Positions 59,000-64,000 of a DNA stretch of 64,000 bases are shown in pieces; position 1 is the stretch's first letter, and each line of letters opens with the position of its first letter. Under the pieces are notes generated by a model that saw only the letters and a program-made list of their open reading frames with translations, did not search any database and was not told the DNA's origin. The DNA is from the human T2T-CHM13v2.0 reference genome, Homo sapiens: NCBI RefSeq assembly GCF_009914755.1, contig NC_060939.1; one strand, written 5' to 3'. The translations under genes and the position numbers were made by a program.

Positions 59000-60144
59000 T
59001 TTTATTTTAAGTATACTTGCTACGAGAATCCCTGATGCCTTGTTCTCACTGTAAGTCTTTATTATAGTAATATATTCTGTAAAACAAAAAAACTGATGAG
59101 AAGATGGGGTTGGAGGAATTGGAAATAAAATCCCTGTTCTTAATTGTTCCTTCACAACTGGCTTCTTAGCCACCAAAGGTTTGGGTGATTCTGTCAGGCT
59201 TGGGTTGTTTGCTGCCTGTCTCTGCCAGCTGCTGCAATGGTGATTTCATATCCTAGACTTCTTTGTTGACAGACAGGTACATGCTGCTATTATGCACTGT
59301 ATCTGACGGGTTTTTCTATAGAAAAGTAAAGAAAGTAAGTTAGGAGCACAGGCAGCTTCACTGCTCCTGCACCAAACCAACAACACTTTGGATAATGATA
59401 CTTGTCATCTGCTTAAAGTAACAAGTAATTCAGTTCCCATATGTTTATATGAAATTAATCATATAAGGGACTGCTTTCTGGCCCAGGTTCATTTAACTTT
59501 ATAAAACGTAGCTACTTCCAACTGGGAGATCTTGAAAACAGCCCTACAATGAATCAGACAAAAACAGTGAGCTCAGCTTAGCAGGGAAGTTAGCAGGAAG
59601 GCAGAGGTTATGTCTATAGACACATATAAATGTACACATACATGTTAGTTTTCAATGATTGTTTCTGATCTATGGCACCAAGTGCCAAATGCTGCTGTAA
59701 TTTGAGGTGCAGTTATTCACTCTGTATGTCTTTCTCCTGCTTAAGTTTTAAAGGCTGATTCAAGCGTCAGCTGAGGTGTTTCATCAGCACTAACCCATCC
59801 CCTTGTGAAAGGCTATGGCCATATGTAGGACAGGATGCTCAAGGCACAACAACGGAGCTCACTCTGCAGAGAACCACAGAGCACTAGGTAGCAGCTAGAT
59901 TCTCTCATATTTATGAACATGTCTCTGCTTCTGAAAAAAGAAAATGAAACAATTATTTCCCCCTACCTCCCACTCTCCTGTTTGAGTTGGTTTTCATAGT
60001 GATTTTTTTTTTTTGTAAAGAGAATCTGTTCTCTCATTTTGAATATATATTTGACACATCCTTAAAAAATATTTTTGAATTTTAGGATTTTCCTTTCTCT
60101 TTGTTAAGGCTCCAGCATTTCCCCTCAGTCCTATAGATAAGAAT

Positions 60145-60337
60145 AATAGAACATTAGATATGAAAGGGCCTCAGAGAGCTTCTAAGGAGCCTAACAGCTT
60201 CATTTTGCAAATGAGGAAATTGAGTTCAAGAGAAGGAATGGTGAGCCCAAGTTCACGTTGTCAATTCCTAGCAAAATAACAAGAATGACAACTAGGTCTC
60301 ATGACTCTAAGGCTGGGACAGTTTTCCCTGAGCACTG
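60145..60337 (-). mobile_element. MIR (MIR3/MIRc-like)
   Basis: 'cttcattttgcaaatgaggaaattgagttcaagaga...gcccaagttcac...actaggtctcatgactc'. Confidence 0.75.
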
Positions 60338-60848
60338 CTTCTGGGTGCCCCACATTAAAAAAAAAATCATGCAGTTGCTTTGATTCTCAGGTTCCTTCAC
60401 GATTTTTAAAGAGCAAACCCATCTTTAATTTTCAATGTATCTTGAACATGATATGTACACCCAGCAGGTATTTAAGAAATGTTGGGTGAAATAAAGTGTC
60501 GAGACCTCTATGAAAGATTTTTTTCTTCATATAATGAAAAAAAAAAAAAAAAACAGAATACAAAAAATTCAAGGAAAAGAAAAAATTCAAGGAAAACTGC
60601 CATCTGTAAAATAATTCTTTTTCCCAGCCTTGACCCTGGGCATGTATGATTGGCCCTCCTAGCTTCTTGCTTACCCTCTGAACTTGGTATCACTATTAAA
60701 TCCTTTCTCTCTGCTTAACTCTGGGGTGGTGTAATATTTCAGCATCCCATTTGCAGAGGTGGAAGATTTAAGAATAAACATTGATCTCTAGACAACATAG
60801 CAAGTCACTGTGACTGCTGCAAGTGTGGCAAGACAATTCCCATCTTAC

Positions 60849-60974
60849 TCTCTAGAACGCACAACTGCTTTAGTTTATAAACATCCATAGGACCACGGAG
60901 TGTTGCTTTTCCTCTGTTTACGAATGCTTTATGCAACAGCAAAGCACTTCTAATCCTGCTGCTTTTGTGTGAAA
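60849..60974 (-). pseudogene. candidate decayed coding exon (X1), 126 nt
   Basis: Acceptor 'aatctttctgcatag|TT' and donor 'AGA|gtaaga'. Symmetric phase 1, fully open: SHKSSRIRSALLLHKAFVNRGKATLRGPMDVYKLKQLCVLE (within ORF 60805-61125). Confidence 0.5.
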
Positions 60975-62479
60975 CTATGCAGAAAGATTGCCTGGCACGT
61001 GTGGAATATAAGACAGATTTTTTTAATACAGCATGGCAGTCAGAAGCATTCATTTTGTTTAGTCTGTGTGGTATTTGGGGGACATTCCCATCAGGGAGGC
61101 ACTGTTTGAATGCATATTGTAACACAGTATGTTCCAGTAAATTGGGAGCAAATGTTCAACCTTCAAAACCATAGGGTCAAAAAACTCTGTGGGCTCATTG
61201 TTAAGAATATATTTAAGATATATTTAAGATTTATTTAAGATATACAAACCAGGAAAAATATCATGTAAATAATTAAAGTGTAAGTGCAATTATTTTATTA
61301 ATATGAGAATTTTTATTAATATGAGTATTTGAGAATTAGGTCAAATTTAAAAACCCTATATAGTTAGAATGTGTTATTTTCTGTATTCTTAGTTTGAACT
61401 GCAGATTTTTTTTCCCCTTTGAAAGAATTCCAGTTATTACCAAGTAAAAGATGCAAGGGCACTTAATGACAAACATTTTAACTTCAAAGCCAAAAAGTAG
61501 ATCAAAATAGAAAAGAAACTGGGTTTCAATGAATCATTTCACCGACTAATACAAGCTCTGCCGAGGATGCATCAGGTCCTAAAGGAAAACTTTGAAATAA
61601 TCAATGTGACTGACACTCAAGGGTAACAAACCCTTCATTTTTGATACAGTTGAGAATTTTTTGATTGTCAAAAGAACACACTTCATGTGTCTCCAAAAAT
61701 AACATGCGATACCTTAATATAACATCCAAAAAGCTTATTTCATTTTTATGTGCTGTATGTTATTATTATGTTAATATTAATATTAAAAATGCAATAAAAC
61801 ACTAATCAAGGTTTCATTCCCAACAAGTCATCATTAAATAAATGCCACATTCTTGATTGCACTAAGGCCAATTAAATCTAATTTCTCTTCTGTTTCCATA
61901 CATAGGCTGCAGCTGTATGTGCAATCCAGGGGTAATTAATTGCCACCAACTGCCTCTCTCTAAAAAGGAGAGTGTCTGAAATTGGTGGCACCACATGTGT
62001 CCCTGAGACCAAACATAGCCTAATGCTGTTTAGGATGTTCATGGTTCTTTAATTACCCAGAGTAAACTTTTTCTTTCTACAAACTGCCATGCATTTTGTC
62101 TGTCTCTTGTGCAGAGAACTACTCAGGGCTTTTTGGCTTCATAAACAAATTCAGACTACATAGAAAACCACAGGCAGGATAGAAAGGGTTACTCCCATCT
62201 CCACCCGCTGCAAGAACTAAACACAGCTTTTTAGTAGGTATCAGCTCCTACCAGGACATAAAATTCCAAACAGGTCAAAGTTTAAAAAAAATAATTTTTC
62301 AACATTATTAGAAAACAACCTGCCACTTGGAGAATGTACTTGCAAAAGGAGAGGGAGTTATAGTTTTTATTATTTAACATTAAGTTTCAAAAGAAGCCTC
62401 AGGAGGTCTAATCACCGTTAAAATACACTCTAAATGGCAATGTCTGAAACTGTGCACAGGGACCCCTGCTCTAGATTTG

Positions 62480-63330
62480 TAGATTCTTGAAGTTGGAAGG
62501 AACCACAAGAAGTTAAACAACCATTCCCCTTCTCTTAGGGACAGAGTGTTTTAGCCTATTTCTAACCAATGTATATCAATTCTACTTTTAAAATCTCAGC
62601 AACAGAATATGCCGCTCTTGCTAACTAATCTGATATTTAATGATCCCATGATTTTTAAAAAATGCATTTAATCTCAATCCAACCTGCTGGACCAGTTTAC
62701 TGGGAGAGCAGAAAACAGCTTGTTCCCAAACTCTAGATAAAAACCCTTTTAGAAGTAAAGGTGGTTATTCAGTCTAATTGCTCTCTTCTGCAAGCTACTT
62801 ATCTCAATCCTTTAACTTTTTCTGTCCAAATTCTTGCACTGCTCTTCATTTATAGCAGCTAAGTTGAAAACAGCTCAGAAGCTGAGAGTACTGAACACAA
62901 AGGTTATTTTACATTCCCTAAACTAGACCATTTTTAGTAATCATAGTAGCTTTCTTGATTTTTCAATACTTATTTTGTTTTTCTATCAGCTAGCTCATCC
63001 ACAATGAAAGCAAGAAAGGTTATTCCTGCCCTTAGAGAGAATTAGGCATCCCCTATCTCCTATGTGCAAGCTTAGCTTTCTTACCCAAGGGCACCTCCCC
63101 TTTCTGATGAATTTCTGACCATGCCTCATAATTTACCAAAGTCACCCTTAATTTGAATGCTAGCTTCCAGGGTCATCCTCAAGCTTGGGGTCAGTTTGTC
63201 TCTATTCCATCATTTTGAATACTTATAAAAGTATTAGACAACAAAGGTCCATGAGTGGCCTCTAAACAACTCCCCTAGGTTGAAGCTGATTCACTGATAA
63301 CCACTCTTCAAACAGACCCTGCATTTAACC
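62480..63330 (-). mobile_element. L3/CR1 LINE remnant
   Basis: Reverse CR1 terminus 'agattcttgaagttggaaggaacc' and RT-region motifs 'ctctcttctgcaagcta', 'aagcttggggtca...tctctattccatcat...ctgataaccactctt'. Confidence 0.65.
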
Positions 63331-63830
63331 TGTTCATGCTGGTATTTTCAAATTCATCTGAATTTTCATATTACATGTACCTATACCCTCGATGAAACCC
63401 TATGATGATGTATTCACTGCAAAATGCCTGTGTGTATGTTTCTCTGCGGGTATATATAGTAAATTAAGAAGTCCTTCTGAGATCGGTAAAGCTGTGCCTG
63501 GGAATGCTATAGCATTTAACCACAGGTTTGATCCAACTTCCTTTGTAAATCACCTTGGGCCTGTGTTTTCTGAAATATGTACGTGAATTATTGCCTTATT
63601 TTCATATTGTGGGTATTGTGTATTATGGAAGGGCCATTAACCCTGTAAGATGCAGATAATCTTCCACTTGCTTGTCTACAGCAGAAGATCATTTACTGTC
63701 ACACTGATTAAATATATTATGACAGCAAAGCTAGTAAAGTGCAAGGTATGGGCACGGGAAGAACATGCTTCATGCACCTTCTCTGCCAGCTCTCTGCAGA
63801 AGTTTCTGTATCTAATTTGATACTTTTCAG

Positions 63831-63905
63831 ATAAAGAACATCACATTACCAGGAGCCATTTTACTCTCACATTCTCATATACATTGGTCTCCAGAGAAAA
63901 CCCAG
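63831..63905 (+). other. candidate 75-nt spliced exon on + strand (function unknown)
   Basis: Branch-like 'tctaat', acceptor 'tacttttcag|A', donor 'CAG|gtaaag'. Confidence 0.3.
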
Positions 63906-64000
63906 GTAAAGGATTTATATAAAAATTGTACTTACAAAGTAACACTAGTGATTAAGTTTATTATTAGTGTCCAGAGTATGTGTACTCTTGATGCCTGAAA

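Overview
Human genomic DNA: it carries an AluYa5 that matches the human-specific consensus as I recall it. The window is AT-rich and dominated by transposable elements, with no intact protein-coding gene, RNA gene or CRISPR array. Bases 1-40 kb are mostly L1 elements of several ages (largely + strand, several internally deleted), plus Alus, MIR/L2/L3 remnants, hAT MITEs, a MaLR fragment and two MER52-family solo LTRs. The main result of the hunt is in the non-repetitive DNA. A chain of seven minus-strand exon candidates (60974-60849, 57947-57794, 53863-53029, 52560-52520, 43666-43540, 13722-13460, 4104-4022) has canonical AG/GT boundaries and can be spliced in compatible phases into a ~440-codon reading. 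That reading is broken by six C>T-type stops, two inferred 1-bp frameshifts and an AluS inserted inside the largest exon. I infer a decayed unitary pseudogene of a gene I cannot name, and this needs a homology search to confirm. Secondary observations: a 192-bp non-tandem duplication containing a mini-exon-like unit, a likely polymorphic AluYa5, one target site used twice (L1 then Alu), an AluY/AluS mosaic, and microhomology or fold-back deletion scars in L1s. Repeat subfamily names come from recalled consensus motifs, not from a RepeatMasker run.
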